Source of the DNA: Neoconidiobolus thromboides FSU 785 | Lineage: Eukaryota > Fungi > Entomophthoromycota | Assembly (NCBI GenBank): GCA_025603075.1 | Contig: MU626284.1 | Coordinates: 1-64,000, forward strand | Reading direction: 5' to 3' | DNA: 64,000 bases | In this document: positions 13,149 to 24,878 of the stretch, piece by piece | Layout of the letters: each line of letters opens with the position of its first letter | How positions within the stretch are numbered: the stretch's first letter is position 1 | Notes under the pieces: generated by a model | Database searches by the model: none | Seen by the model: the letters and a program-made list of their open reading frames with translations, nothing else | What the model was told of the DNA's origin: nothing | Position numbers and translations under genes: made by a program

Positions 13149-14659
13149 ATGAATAACGCCCTTGAAGTTGTTGAAAGTCGATCACCATCACCTATACTTA
13201 CTATTGAAAATGTACGAAATGAAAGTAGTAGAGTAGCTGATATAACCAATCAATTAAATAAATTAAAGGCTAAATTACTAAAAGCTAAAATGTTAAAATC
13301 AAACTCAGTTGCTAAATTACAAAAAGAATACGATGACTTAAGTCTAGAACTAGAAATGGATAGACAAGAGATGGATAAACAGGTAAATAGTTATATCAAA
13401 CAGCCGTCATTGGTTTTATTAATGTATAAAAGGAAAAAAAACGACAATTTGTAAGTCATAATTTTGGTAATCGATTTACACATGCAGAAAATAAATCAAA
13501 TAAATTAAAAAGAAAGGTAAATTACATTCATATAATTATAAAATTAAAATTTTCATTTGTTTATTTGTTTTTATAACAACTAGTCAGAAAAAGAAGAAGA
13601 TAAAGATATTATGGAATTATTAAGAGAAGAAAAAAACAGTAAATCCGGAGATCAAGTTAAACATATGGTAAATAAAATATGTAGAGATGGTGGATATAAA
13701 GATGATTTAGAGTATATTGAAGAAAGAGCAGAACATTTTGCTTCAAAAGATAATAGAAATAATAAAAAAGATATTGACTATAAAAGTAAGTTACTCACTC
13801 TATAGATAAAAGGATTTATCATTTAGTTTTATTATAGATTATAAAAAAAATCAAGAAGCTTTAGATAAATGTCAATTTTGTTTTAAAAATGGACAAGCCC
13901 CAATAGCTCCAATTATTTCTATGGGTCAAAACGCATATCTTGCATTACCTACAGTTACAGATTTAGTATCAGGCCATTGTCTAATTATACCTGGGGATCA
14001 TTGTAAATCAAGTTTAGATTGTGATGATGCTACTTGGAACGAAATTCGAGTAAGTTTATGTTAATTATTAATTTAAAAAGAAGCAAAAAATATTAACTAA
14101 TGATTATCAAATAGAACTTCATGAAAAGTCTAATGCGTATGTTTGCTACTTTAGAAAAAGGAGTAATCTTTATGGAAACTGTAATGAATTTAAACCATTT
14201 TAAACATACTGTAATTGAATGTATACCTTTACCATGGGATTTATCACAAGATGCAACTGCTTATTTTAAAGAGGGATTAATTGATATAGCAGATGAATGG
14301 TCACAACATAAGAAGATTATAAATACTAAAGAAAGAACATTTAGAAAATCAATGACATCCAATCTACCTTATTTTCATGTTTGGTTTCATCCAGATGGTG
14401 GTTTAGGACATATTATTGAAGAAAGTGAAAAATTCAAAAGTTATTTTGGAAAGGTAAGAGAATGTTTGTTTGTATACAAGGTTATAAGATTAATAATATA
14501 TGTTTTATTTAGGAAATTATTGCTGGTATGTTAGATTTAGATATAAGTTTATGGCGTAAACCAAAGTATCAAGATAGTAACGAAAACAAGTCAAGAGTAG
14601 ATAAATTTAACAAAAAATTCCCTTGGGAAAATTATGATTGGACTAAATTATTAGATTAA
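13149..14659 (+). CDS. CWF19L2: CWF19-like protein 2 (CwfJ C-terminal domains, spliceosome-associated; multi-exon)
   Basis: CQFCFK, GHCLIIP.DH, HTVIECIPLP, DEWSQHKKII, LPYFHVWF, GLGHIIE, FGKEIIAGMLDL, YDWTKLLD*. Confidence 0.9.
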
Positions 14660-14789
14660 TTAATAATAAAATGTTATATATTCTTATTTGTTTGATAAAA
14701 TAAAAAATAAAAAATAAAAACAAAAACTTCCTTAAGATTTAAAATTAAGTTTAAAATTAACAAATAAATGGATTTTATTTTTGTTTTTT

Positions 14790-15440
14790 AATAAAATCAT
14801 ACAGTCCTTATTACATTATAACTACTAGCTAATGGCTTTTCAACAATAATACCATCCGAATTTTGATCATCTATTGATCTACTACTAATCCCTTTATCTA
14901 TCTAAACTTTTGTATCATCATTCCCATCTCTATCCTCATTTAATCCACAACCAATTTCTAAACTATTATTAATTGGAGTATCAACTCTCATCTAAGATAA
15001 TTTTCCTAGATGGAGTAACATAATAGAAACATTGAACATTCAACCAAATTGTCTTTTATTCTATCCAAATTCGAACATCTCCACTAGATTCTGTGTAACA
15101 ATTAGTTGTTTTGTCTAACCTTTTTACCATAGAAATCAATTCCTATCTCTTGACTAATTTTTTTATTAGGTTCTTTTATAATAATAATTGGAAACTACTA
15201 CCCCAAGATTCACCAAAATCGATTCTGTCACTTCAATTTCCATTAAAACCTGTAATACAATTTGAAATAGTCTTTCTAAAACCCGAACAACCGGCTAATG
15301 GCTTCGATAAACCAGATCAAAGACCTTGATCACCTACTCAACATGGATATATCATACCATCTATTTTTATATCAAAGGGAACTTTATCACCATTGGTTGA
15401 TGAATTGAACAATAATAAGTTATGATTATTAATAACATGT
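14790..15440 (-). pseudogene. Decayed ORF, possibly for a secreted protein
   Basis: Hydrophobic start (MLLIIIT/LLLFNSSTNG), then long protein-like frames with in-frame stops and frameshifts; locally higher GC. No family recognised. Approximate ends. Confidence 0.35.
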
Positions 15441-15510
15441 TTGTCGTATATTTGAAGCCAATTGATTTTATTTTGTTTGTGTTAAAATAAAGTGGAGCTA
15501 AATACAATAT

Positions 15511-15603
15511 GGGAATGTTTTTTATTTCATTACTTTTTCATTTTTTAAGCACTATTTAAGTGAAAAGATCGTTAGTAAAATTCTTACAAAAAAATACATT
15601 CCC
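15511..15603 (-). mobile_element. MITE family copy
   Basis: ATAT-GGGAATGTTTTTT...AAAAAAATACATTCCC-ATAT. Confidence 0.85.
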
Positions 15604-15798
15604 ATATAGTAAATCCCAATAAAGAAATGATTCAATAATATATTTATGAAATTAATTATTTTTAATATTAGCATAATTTATTTTTATACTAGTAGAGTAT
15701 TTATAACAACAAGGCAGCCTATCAAAATTGATCTTTTAAATAATGTAAGTTATTTTATTCGATAAACTTTTTTATATTAATAAAGTTAGTAATAAAAT

Positions 15799-15886
15799 AT
15801 GTATTTTTTTGCTAATAATTTTACTAACAGTTATTTTACTAAATAGCGTTTAAAAAAGAGAAAAAGAAATGGAAAAAAGCATACCT
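15799..15886 (+). mobile_element. Degenerate MITE copy
   Basis: Interior AATTTTACTAACAG...AAATAGCGTTTAAAAAAG; termini eroded. Confidence 0.5.
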
Positions 15887-16298
15887 ATACTAATCATTTA
15901 TCATTTTTTGAAAAATTAAGTGAACTTAAATCCATAAAGACATTGTTCTATTAGATTCAAATAAACAGTTAGTAAGCATTTTGAAAAGTTCAAAGGATTA
16001 AATTTCTTATCATTTAATATTTAAAATCTGGACTCTATCTAACAACATGATCCTCTCTATTTAATGATTTCAATATGCTATATTTAGCCTAAATACTATT
16101 TAATAACTTTTTCAAAATATTCTTATAAATCTTAACTTATTTAAACTGCTATAGTTTACTATAAACCAATGAGATTGAATGACTTGAAATCTGCCTTATT
16201 TTCATATTTGATTTCATCTTAATAGTGATAAATTTGAGATATTTCATTAAAGAAAAACAAAAAATTACAGTGCATTTTAAGAAGATAAGAGAGGATAT

Positions 16299-16391
16299 GT
16301 GGATGTATTTATGTTTAAGAATTCTACTAACAGTCTTTTATTCAAATAGTGCTTAAAAATAGAAAAAGTGATGAAGCCGAAAAACATCCCT
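16299..16391 (+). mobile_element. MITE family copy
   Basis: GTGGATGTATTT...TAAGAATTCTACTAACAG...GAAAAACATCCC. Confidence 0.8.
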
Positions 16392-16809
16392 ATGTTTTGA
16401 TTTGGATAGGAATATAAGGTTAATATTGCTTTTTATACTAAATTTAGGATATTATCTCTAGTATAAGGGTTAGATATTCGATCTATCTCATATTAATCAT
16501 CAAATTCGTTGACCGAAATGGTGGAAAAATAAGACATTAATGTGGAATAGACTGAATATTTCTTTATAGTATAATTCAAAGTATTTGGTAGTATAAATAA
16601 ATCCAATTAGAAAGATTTTAAATAATTTCTTTTGGGATAATTATAATTAAATTAAATTAAATTATTAGATTAGTACAATGGTAAATTATATATACATTAT
16701 CTTTATATGTAATAAGAGTTATTTTTATTATAATAATAGCCAAAAAAATGATCTTATAATAATAGATTTGATTTTAATTTACACTGTAAAATTTAATAAA
16801 TAATCAAGC

Positions 16810-18288
16810 TTATTTTGAATTAGGAAAATCAATATCTCGAAGTTCTTCTTCAGAATCCAAGCCCATTTGATAAGAACTATGAGAACAAGAAGAATAACTA
16901 GTAGCATCGGTTTCTAACAAGGGTTTTGAAATGGACTGTGGTGATGACTTTGGTGTAAATTCCATCTCTGGATTACCATTTCTTTGAGATTTCATTAAAA
17001 TATCCGCTATAAAATCAATACTATAAAATAAGTAATCAATGAATTTCAAGAAAATAGGATGATGAAAAACAGGGTGAAAGAGCGATACATTATCTTCAGG
17101 TACAGCATAAGAACCAGAAGTAATACGATAAGTTTGACCACGCCACGTAAATGTAGAACCTAAAACTGAATAAAGATATAAAGGTAATGCAGTTAATTCT
17201 CTAAATGCCCAAATAACCATAAAACGTTGTAATTCTTTTAAATTTAACTTATTTCCAATAAGTTGCTGATTTAGTTGAAAATCTAATAAAAACCATACTA
17301 CTAAATGGTAAGCAAAAAAGTTAAAAATGGAAATATTTAACAAATAGCTAAAACCATAAGAAGCTAACATTCCATTTAAAATGGACTCAGTAAACGGTTC
17401 AATGATAGTAGCTTGTGGTACAATATATTTTCTTAATCTACACCACCTTGATCTTCTATTAAAATAAGCCGAAGTAGAAATAGATCCTAATCGATTATAA
17501 GCTAAATCATAAGGCATTTTAATTTTTAATCCTTGGTCCCAAATAGCTTTAGCAATAAAAAAATCTTCTGCTAATTGATTTTCAAATGCTTTCATACTGC
17601 CAACACAAGCCAAATCACTCTTTCTATATAAACAGGATTTACCAACCACACAAGGTTCAAATATAAAATAATTTAATAATGTATACATCTTAGCATGAGC
17701 TGTATTTAAAAACATACTCTCTAATTGAGAACCAAAAGTAGTACCATCTATACCCACAGGTAAATGATGTACTAAACCCACATTTTCTTCCATCATTAAT
17801 TTAGCTGAACGAGATAAACACCCTTTATTTAAAAAAATATTGGAATCGCAAACCCATATTAGATCGTGTCGACTCTGCTCATATGCTTTTAATAAATTAC
17901 TAACTTTTGGATTGACCCCTTTTTGATCTTCGTCAATGATTAATTTAGCGTCTATATTAGGGTATTTTTGGATTAATTCTAATACTAATGGTATACATGC
18001 ATCTTCACTGCTCTTTACATTAAATATCAATTCAAAATTGGGATAATCTTGTAAGAATGAGGACTCTAAATTTTGTTTTAATTTATATTCTAAGCCACAC
18101 AATGGTCGCAATACACTAACAAATGGGGCGTCTTTTGAGTTCGTTATAGGCTCATCTTTAATTTCTCGATATGTTTTATATTGATATTTACATAGAATTA
18201 AACTTATTATATTGATTGCCATTAGTATCATCCATGCGCCTACACTAATTGTTATAAATAAATAAAATAAAGCTTCTTTAAAATTCAT
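16810..18288 (-). CDS. GCS1: Ceramide glucosyltransferase (glucosylceramide synthase, GT21), intronless, 492 aa
   Basis: N-terminal TM, VSVLRPLCG, GVNPKVSNL, WVCDSN, CVVGKS, LAEDFF, RRSRWCRLRKY ((Q/R)xxRW motif), EPFTES. Confidence 0.93.
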   Translation of the reverse strand: MNFKEALFYLFITISVGAWMILMAINIISLILCKYQYKTYREIKDEPITNSKDAPFVSVLRPLCGLEYKLKQNLESSFLQDYPNFELIFNVKSSEDACIPLVLELIQKYPNIDAKLIIDEDQKGVNPKVSNLLKAYEQSRHDLIWVCDSNIFLNKGCLSRSAKLMMEENVGLVHHLPVGIDGTTFGSQLESMFLNTAHAKMYTLLNYFIFEPCVVGKSCLYRKSDLACVGSMKAFENQLAEDFFIAKAIWDQGLKIKMPYDLAYNRLGSISTSAYFNRRSRWCRLRKYIVPQATIIEPFTESILNGMLASYGFSYLLNISIFNFFAYHLVVWFLLDFQLNQQLIGNKLNLKELQRFMVIWAFRELTALPLYLYSVLGSTFTWRGQTYRITSGSYAVPEDNVSLFHPVFHHPIFLKFIDYLFYSIDFIADILMKSQRNGNPEMEFTPKSSPQSISKPLLETDATSYSSCSHSSYQMGLDSEEELRDIDFPNSK

Positions 18289-19725
18289 GATTAAAACTTA
18301 AAATAAATAAATTGATTTTAAATCACTTTGTCGTTTTATACTCTTTCTTAAACGTTAGTAATTTTTAATGTTTTAAATGACACAATTTTATTGGTGATCG
18401 CAGTTGAATTTGAATTCACTTGTCATAATTAACAAAAAATTCTATATAGCTGTTGCGGCTTTTTACGAAGTTTTTAACTCCACATTTAAGAATAAAATTT
18501 AAGCCAAAATTGATATAATATAATAATTGAGCACGAAAAAAAATTACATAATAAGTAAGTTGTAAAAGTTATCACTAAAAAGTTATAAAAGAGTTGGAGA
18601 GGTATTTGCGATGATTTATAAGCAAAGTTATAAAATGGACATAAAAGGTAAATCATACGCTTTTTTTAAGCTATTTTCTTTAAGGGAGTAAAATTAGCCA
18701 CTAATTATTCGTTATTTTCTTCCAGGAATAAGTGTCAAGGGCCTACTTTTTCATTACTTTTGATTACCCTGAAAATACTGATTGTTGAAGCAAAAAGATT
18801 GCTAATGTTTAGCCTATAAACTCAATTGATCCGTAAGCCGAGCCTTTTGAATTGAGTTGACCTTGAATCGGATAATACTTGGATTTTTAAATCGGATGAA
18901 GTGAATTTTAAAAAATTAAAATAAAGTAACTATAAAATTACTTTTGATTTTTAAATTCATTCTTATTTAGAATTATAATAGTATCTTAATAGCAACATCA
19001 TTTACATTATGTTTATATGGAGATTATAATTAATAACAGGTTTATTTATAAATTCTTGGCCTTTTTAGACCTTAAAGTAAAACAATGCCAATGGTTTTAT
19101 TTTATGGAGTTAAAAACGGACTAAAAATGAATATAGAAATCAGAATTGATAAAGGTTGATGCTAAAGAATAAATAGTAAAATTTTTACTTTTTTCAAAAG
19201 TTGATATTGATTGTGTTAATTTAAACTATAAAAATTTCTATATTTTATTCAATATGTCCAAGTTTATGGGGTGATATTGAAAGTTTGTAAGCTCTTTAAT
19301 GGAAATTCAATAGCTACTGAATTTTAAAATGGGTGCTAAGCCTATTACTTAACATACTTTTAATATACGATACAAAATGCCAAAATGCTATAATTTAAAT
19401 ACTTAATTTATATAATCTAAAGTTTTTATATGAGCCAATATGTTAATAAAAAGCCTTATTAAGTGAAAAACAATGTCAAGAATCTATAGCACTAGCATTT
19501 TCAAATGTATTTTAGATGCTTATTATATCAAAGCTAATAAATGATAGTATAAACAATCAAATTTCATTGATAAATTTTAAAAAATTGTCAAATTAATGAT
19601 AAGTTATTAAAATTATAGATTTAATTCGAAAGTAATTGGTTACATGGGTAGAATCTTTTATAGTAAATTTTGCCGAAAAGGTTTAGCTTTTGATCAAAAT
19701 AAACTCTAATTAAAACAACTAATAT

Positions 19726-19813
19726 AGATGTGTTTTAAGAATTTTACTACAATCTTTCCACTCAAATGGCACTTAAAAAATGAAAAAGTAATGAAACCAA
19801 AAAAAACAGTCCC
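19726..19813 (+). mobile_element. Degenerate MITE copy
   Basis: TAAGAATTTTACTACAATCTTTCCACTCAAATGGCACTTAAAAAATGAAAAAGTAATGAAACC; left TIR partly deleted. Confidence 0.7.
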
Positions 19814-20090
19814 TAATTTAATTAAAAACGTAGCTGAACTGAACTTTATAAGATAAATATTTTAAAAAGTATTCAGCTTAGAAGGCTATAATAAATGTTA
19901 TTTAAATATAACATAGCCATTTTAATACCATAGCTAAAGTTAAAGTCACAGCTAATGTTGATTTTTTTATGATATAAAATAGAATTCTTATTAAAGATTT
20001 AAAAATAATCTACTCACATTACTTTTAAATTTTGTTATAAATTTTTTTTTTACGATCTTTATTTAACTTTTTTAATATTTTTTATTAAAA

Positions 20091-20217
20091 TTTATGTTTT
20101 TGTAAAATATAATTATTTATTTATGTTTTTGTAAAATATAATTATTTATTTATGTTTTTGTAAAATATAATTATTTATTTATGTTTTTGTAAAATATAAT
20201 TATTTATTTATGTTTTT
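20091..20217. repeat. 29-bp tandem repeat, about 4.4 copies
   Basis: Unit GTAAAATATAATTATTTATTTATGTTTTT starts at 20102, 20131, 20160 and 20189. Confidence 0.95.
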
Positions 20218-20369
20218 ATCGATTTTAATTAAATTTCATGTTATATTTTTAAAAAAGAGCTAGTGTAATAAAATAACATTATTTAAAAAGCACTTTGATA
20301 ACTTTTTAACTACTTAATAAAACTTTTTGAACTTAATAATATAATAACTATTATATTAAACTGACGTGT

Positions 20370-20465
20370 GGGGATGTTTTTTGACTTCATTACTTTTTCT
20401 ATTTTTCAAGCGCTATTTGGGTAGAATAATTATTAGTAAATTCTTAAACAAAAAGATATATCCCC
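20370..20465 (-). mobile_element. MITE family copy
   Basis: GGGGATGTTTTTT...AAAAAGATATATCCCC-ATAT. Confidence 0.85.
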
Positions 20466-20614
20466 ATATTATCAAATTTTATAAAGTTTTATCATATAAT
20501 TAAAGAGGGATTAATTTACAAAATTTATTTGTTCTTAAACTTTTTAACATTTTCTGAGCTCAAAAATTAATTACTCTTTAACTACACAACAAAATTTTAT
20601 AAATTTGATGATGT

Positions 20615-20715
20615 GGGTATGTTTTTCTTATTTCATTGTTTTTTCCATTATTTAAGCATTATTTGAGTGGAAAGGCTATCTATCAGTAAAATTATTGACC
20701 AAAAATATATCCCCC
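20615..20715 (-). mobile_element. MITE family copy
   Basis: GGGTATGTTTTT...AAAAATATATCCCCC with consensus interior. Confidence 0.8.
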
Positions 20716-20795
20716 ATTTGCTTTCAAATAAAAGCGAAATAGCTTTAATGAATCTGTTGTTATCTAAGTTCTAATACGTTATTGGAAATTAACTA

Positions 20796-21403
20796 ATGAG
20801 TTCATAACCAGGTGGAAAATTGACAGCTTGATTATGATTTGGAGGAGTTGAGATGCACATTATTGCCTTGATTCCAAGGTGGGGACTTATTAATTCACTT
20901 ACCAATTGATCCCTTACACTTATAGACAACCCAAAACGATAATTGTAAGCTTATTTAATTTTAGATAGCTTTTCAAAATACAAACGGATTTTAAATAATG
21001 AATTAAAAATTAAGGTTCTCGTTAGCTGACACTAAAAAAACAAAAAAACTTACACAAAGCTGAATACCAAAGTCAAGGATAAAACATAAAAAATCGACTA
21101 ATAGACAATAAAAGAACTATACTCCAGCTTCAAGTATCATCATAGCTCCAAATATTACTATAAATAATACAAGATTAGAAATATTCGAAAGTGATAGATA
21201 ATAGTTATGGATCCTTCTAATGCTTTCTTTAGGTTCCTATCACCATACATCATTACTTTATGATATATCTCATGAAGATTATGTATGAAAGTGTATTCTA
21301 ATTTTAATACAAACCCTTTTAATGAATCAGTAGCTGTATTAGTAGATTCTAATTATGTTCTATTGTTGATTAAAGATAATTTAACAACGTTCAATGAGCT
21401 CAT
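20796..21403 (-). pseudogene. Pseudogene of the 2-TM/PPxY family
   Basis: MSSLNVVKLSLINNRT*...LKGFVLKLEYTF...YHKVMMYGDRNLKKAL..., several stops and frameshifts, tail ...PPNHNQAVNFPPGYELI*. The ATG context CACTCAGACTATGAGC nearly matches the 4315 gene. Confidence 0.8.
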
Positions 21404-21609
21404 AGTCTGAGTGTGATTACTAGTTAATTTTGCTCTTTGTACTAATAATTTAAATAAAACAAAGTATTATCTTGTTATTTAAACTAATTAAAATTGGAAA
21501 ATTACTTTTGTAATCCCTCTATTTGTCAAGTTTTTCTTCCATTCTATATGGTGGCATGCTAATAAAGAATTGTTCTATTGCTAGTTTGCTATAGATATTT
21601 CTATGGAAA

Positions 21610-22705
21610 ACATCTAGTATTTGGGGTTGTCTGAATTAGTTTGATTATTTTATCTAATTTTTGAAAAATTTTGTATTTTAAAACTTCGCTTAAAATTATA
21701 TAAAATCAAATTTTTTATTAAAACAAAAGTACCTGGACACAGTTCTAAATCATTCTATTATAGTTTATACTGTAAGTTAGTTGAATTTCTATTAAATATT
21801 AAATACATATTCTTACAAAACTTTATTGAGGAATATTTATTATCGACTGCTTTATAACCAACATTGTAGATTTGTTGTCAAATAAATAACTATTTTAATG
21901 TTATAATTACATTATTAATATATTGCCAAGTTAATAAATAGCTGCATGGGAGGCAGTGGTTAGCCCCAAAGCTATAATTAACCATCTCTATATAGTACAA
22001 GTAATATAATAATAGTTTTTACATATTATTACAATTCCTTGTTCTTTGACTATTTATTAACTTAGCTATTAATAACTTAAGTAATCTTAATATTTAGTAA
22101 TCTGTTTCTATCATTTAACAAACTATTTGCTTGCTTAGTAAATATCAAAAGTTTTAGATTCTCTGTTATCTTCGTAAGGTAAGCTGGGATCGATCTTTTA
22201 CTTTTTCTATTTTCTATAGACTCTATAAGGGAGTGTTTTTTTTTGACTTCATTATTTTTTCCATTTTTTAAGCGCTATTTAAGCGGAAAATTTATTAGTA
22301 AAATTCTTAAACACAAAAATACATCTCCATTATCGATAGTAAACTTTGATAATATATCTTTTCTTTGTTTTATTTTATTATAAAATTCCATAAACCTTGG
22401 GTTGTTATAAGTAACTTTCAAAATTGATATAAATGAATTACAATGTTTATATTGTATACTCCTCCCTATTGTATTAAAATTCTCAAAAATTCCATTTCGA
22501 AGTTTAGTTATGAAAGTTTGCATTTTGTTTTTATTTCAACAAAAAATAAACTCAAATAAGTGTATTTATATAATTAGTAAAATTAGCTATTTAAGAAAAG
22601 GAAACAATTAGAATAAGTTTTAAATAGAGATATTTAATTCAGGCTTTTTAGATTTAACCATCACATTAGACACAAATTTTGAATTTTAAATCTGGATTAA
22701 CTTCC
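21610..22705 (-). repeat. Inverted segmental duplication of window bases 1-610
   Basis: Reverse complement of about 22616-22705 matches 1-89, about 22470-22520 matches about 90-148, and about 21610-21925 matches about 182-610 (minus the MITE). Roughly 85% identity by eye. Confidence 0.85.
22229..22328 (-). mobile_element. MITE family copy
   Basis: GGGAGTGTTTTT...AAAAATACATCTCC with consensus interior. Confidence 0.85.
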
Positions 22706-22741
22706 AAGTAAATTCTGAAACCAATTTGGACAACCCCATAT

Positions 22742-22834
22742 GGAGATTTTTTTTGGCTCCATTACTTTCTCCATCTTTTAAGCACTATTTGAACAAAAAG
22801 ATTGTAAAATTCCTAAATACAAAAATACATCCAC
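22742..22834 (-). mobile_element. MITE family copy
   Basis: ATAT-GGAGATTTTT...AAAAATACATCCAC-ATAC. Confidence 0.8.
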
Positions 22835-23001
22835 ATACATTGAAAAATGTTCTTATTTTTAAACTAAACTCCGACTATAAGAAGAAATAATTGATGTATT
22901 GAAAAGAATTTCATTGGTGAACTTTAGGATGGTTATTTACTTTCATTATAATGTAAAAAGATGTATGCTTGATATTTAACTTACTACTGTAAAAATGATA
23001 T

Positions 23002-23100
23002 GGGGATGTATTTTTTTGTTTAAGAATTTTATTAATAGTTTTTCCACTCAAATAGCGCTTAAAAGATGGAAAAAGTAATGAAGGCAAAAAAATATCCTTC
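23002..23100 (+). mobile_element. MITE family copy
   Basis: ATAT-GGGGATGTATTTTT...AAATAGCGCTTAAAAGATGGAAAAAGTAATGAAGGC... Confidence 0.85.
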
Positions 23101-23449
23101 GTATGATGTCAAAATTAAAAATTTACTTTTCTTAAATAGCAGCGTAAAAATTATTACAATACCGTAGTGCAGCCTATATATTAAGGATTCAGTTTATTAG
23201 AATTACATGATACAAAATTAAAACCTGCTTACGGTTAGTATTATTTTAGATGAGCAAATTATAGTATATTAATCCATTAGAAATTAATTTTACGCCCAAA
23301 ATCGATACTACTATTCATATTTAAACCTTCCGCTAAAGTCAATATTATCTTACTGTGCTTATATTCGCTAATAGTTTATACTAAATGGTTCTAGCAACTG
23401 TCATTAATTATTTTTCGAAAAAATGAAAGCAATTAAAACATGAAGTTTT

Positions 23450-24114
23450 TTAATGTAAATCTAAATTATTAACAGATTCATAAGTAGGTGATAAACTGGC
23501 AGGTTCATAAGAGGGTGGCAAATTGTCAAACTCATTATATATTGGTGGAGGTGGAGGTAAAGTATACATAGCTCTTTCTGTTTCAGGCTGAGGGTCTGCC
23601 CGTTCACCTACAAATTGATCTCTTACCCTTCTAAGTGTCTCAAAACGAGTGACCATATCCTTATTTAATTTTATATAGCTTTCTCTACTACGAACTGATC
23701 TTAAGTAATGAATTAAAAACTAAGACTTTCATTAATTTATAAGTATGGAAAATAGAAAAACAGACTTACATAAAGCTGAATACTGAAACCAAGAACAAAG
23801 AGTGAAAAGATAAGTAATAGATAATAAAAATAGTACTTTCCACCTGTGAATATAAATGAAGCCCCAAAAACTACGCTCAATACTAAAGGTAAGACCAAAA
23901 ACATTCGAAAGCAAAAGGTGCGTATTATTACTTTTTTTAATTCTTTCTTTAAACTTAAATCACCATACATCATCACTTTATAACAAGCTTGATCAATATT
24001 ATGCTTTAAAGTGTATTCCGACTCCAGATAAAATCCTTGTAATGGATCAGTAGATTCTGGAGGTTGGGCATCATACCTCATTGTAGATAATTCAATGGTA
24101 CTCCATAGGTTCAT
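23450..24114 (-). CDS. Uncharacterised 2-TM protein with PPxY motifs (about 204 aa; exons 24114-23770, 23719-23450)
   Basis: A phase-0 intron GTAAGT...CTTAG (50 bp) joins ORFs 23737-24114 and 23450-23656; tail LPPPPPIY...LPPSY...SPTY. Confidence 0.85.
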
Positions 24115-24878
24115 AAGCTAAGTTAAGATAGCTGGTTATTTCTAAACTTTAAAATATTTGTTTTTTTTTAATAATTTAAAACCATCGTTTTCTCTCTCTA
24201 TTTAAACTTTTGAATCAATGTAGTAAAAAAGATTTTTTTTTAAATTTTACTCTTTTAGAAACAATACTTCTATTTATCTAATTTTTTTCCATTTTGCTAA
24301 ATAACATATTAATAGTAGTCATTTTGCCTCCAGTTAGCTGTGAACAGTCCTAAAAAGAGTGCATAACTATTTGGTTTTAGTGAAATTTTAAGGTACACAA
24401 TATAAAATGTTCTTGTAAAAATGGTTAATTTATTAAATTTAATATTGGCTATAAAAGGCGATAGCTGTTGTAGTAGAAAATAATTATAATTGTAGGGTTT
24501 AGGATCTATAGCTTTCTATAAAAATAAGTTTAATACATAAAACGGTAATTTTTATAGGTTATTAATGATACTAAAATAAAGCTTAAATATATTATTTATA
24601 TTATTATAGTTGTACTTAGTCTTTCAAGTTAAAATTTTTATAAAGAACCACTTGCCTAGATTTATTTGGCTGTATTCAACCTATTAGGATATTCTATACT
24701 AACTTTAAACTTATATAATACTGTCCGTTATAATTAGATAGTTTCATTTTATTAAGCTTGTTTTTATACACTGGTAGTTCGTATAATAAACTCTCTTAAG
24801 TCAAACTGTTGTTCCTTATTTGTTAAGATAACGAAAAACAAAAAACTTAAATAGCAAAATAAGTTATTAGCTGATGGA

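Noticed and set aside
14790-15440. Genome-wide UGA=Trp or Sec recoding
   Set aside because: Intact genes end at TGA (4939-4941, 59979-59981) and use TGG for Trp; the region also has TAA/TAG stops and frameshifts; no SECIS-like AUGA/GA quartet was seen
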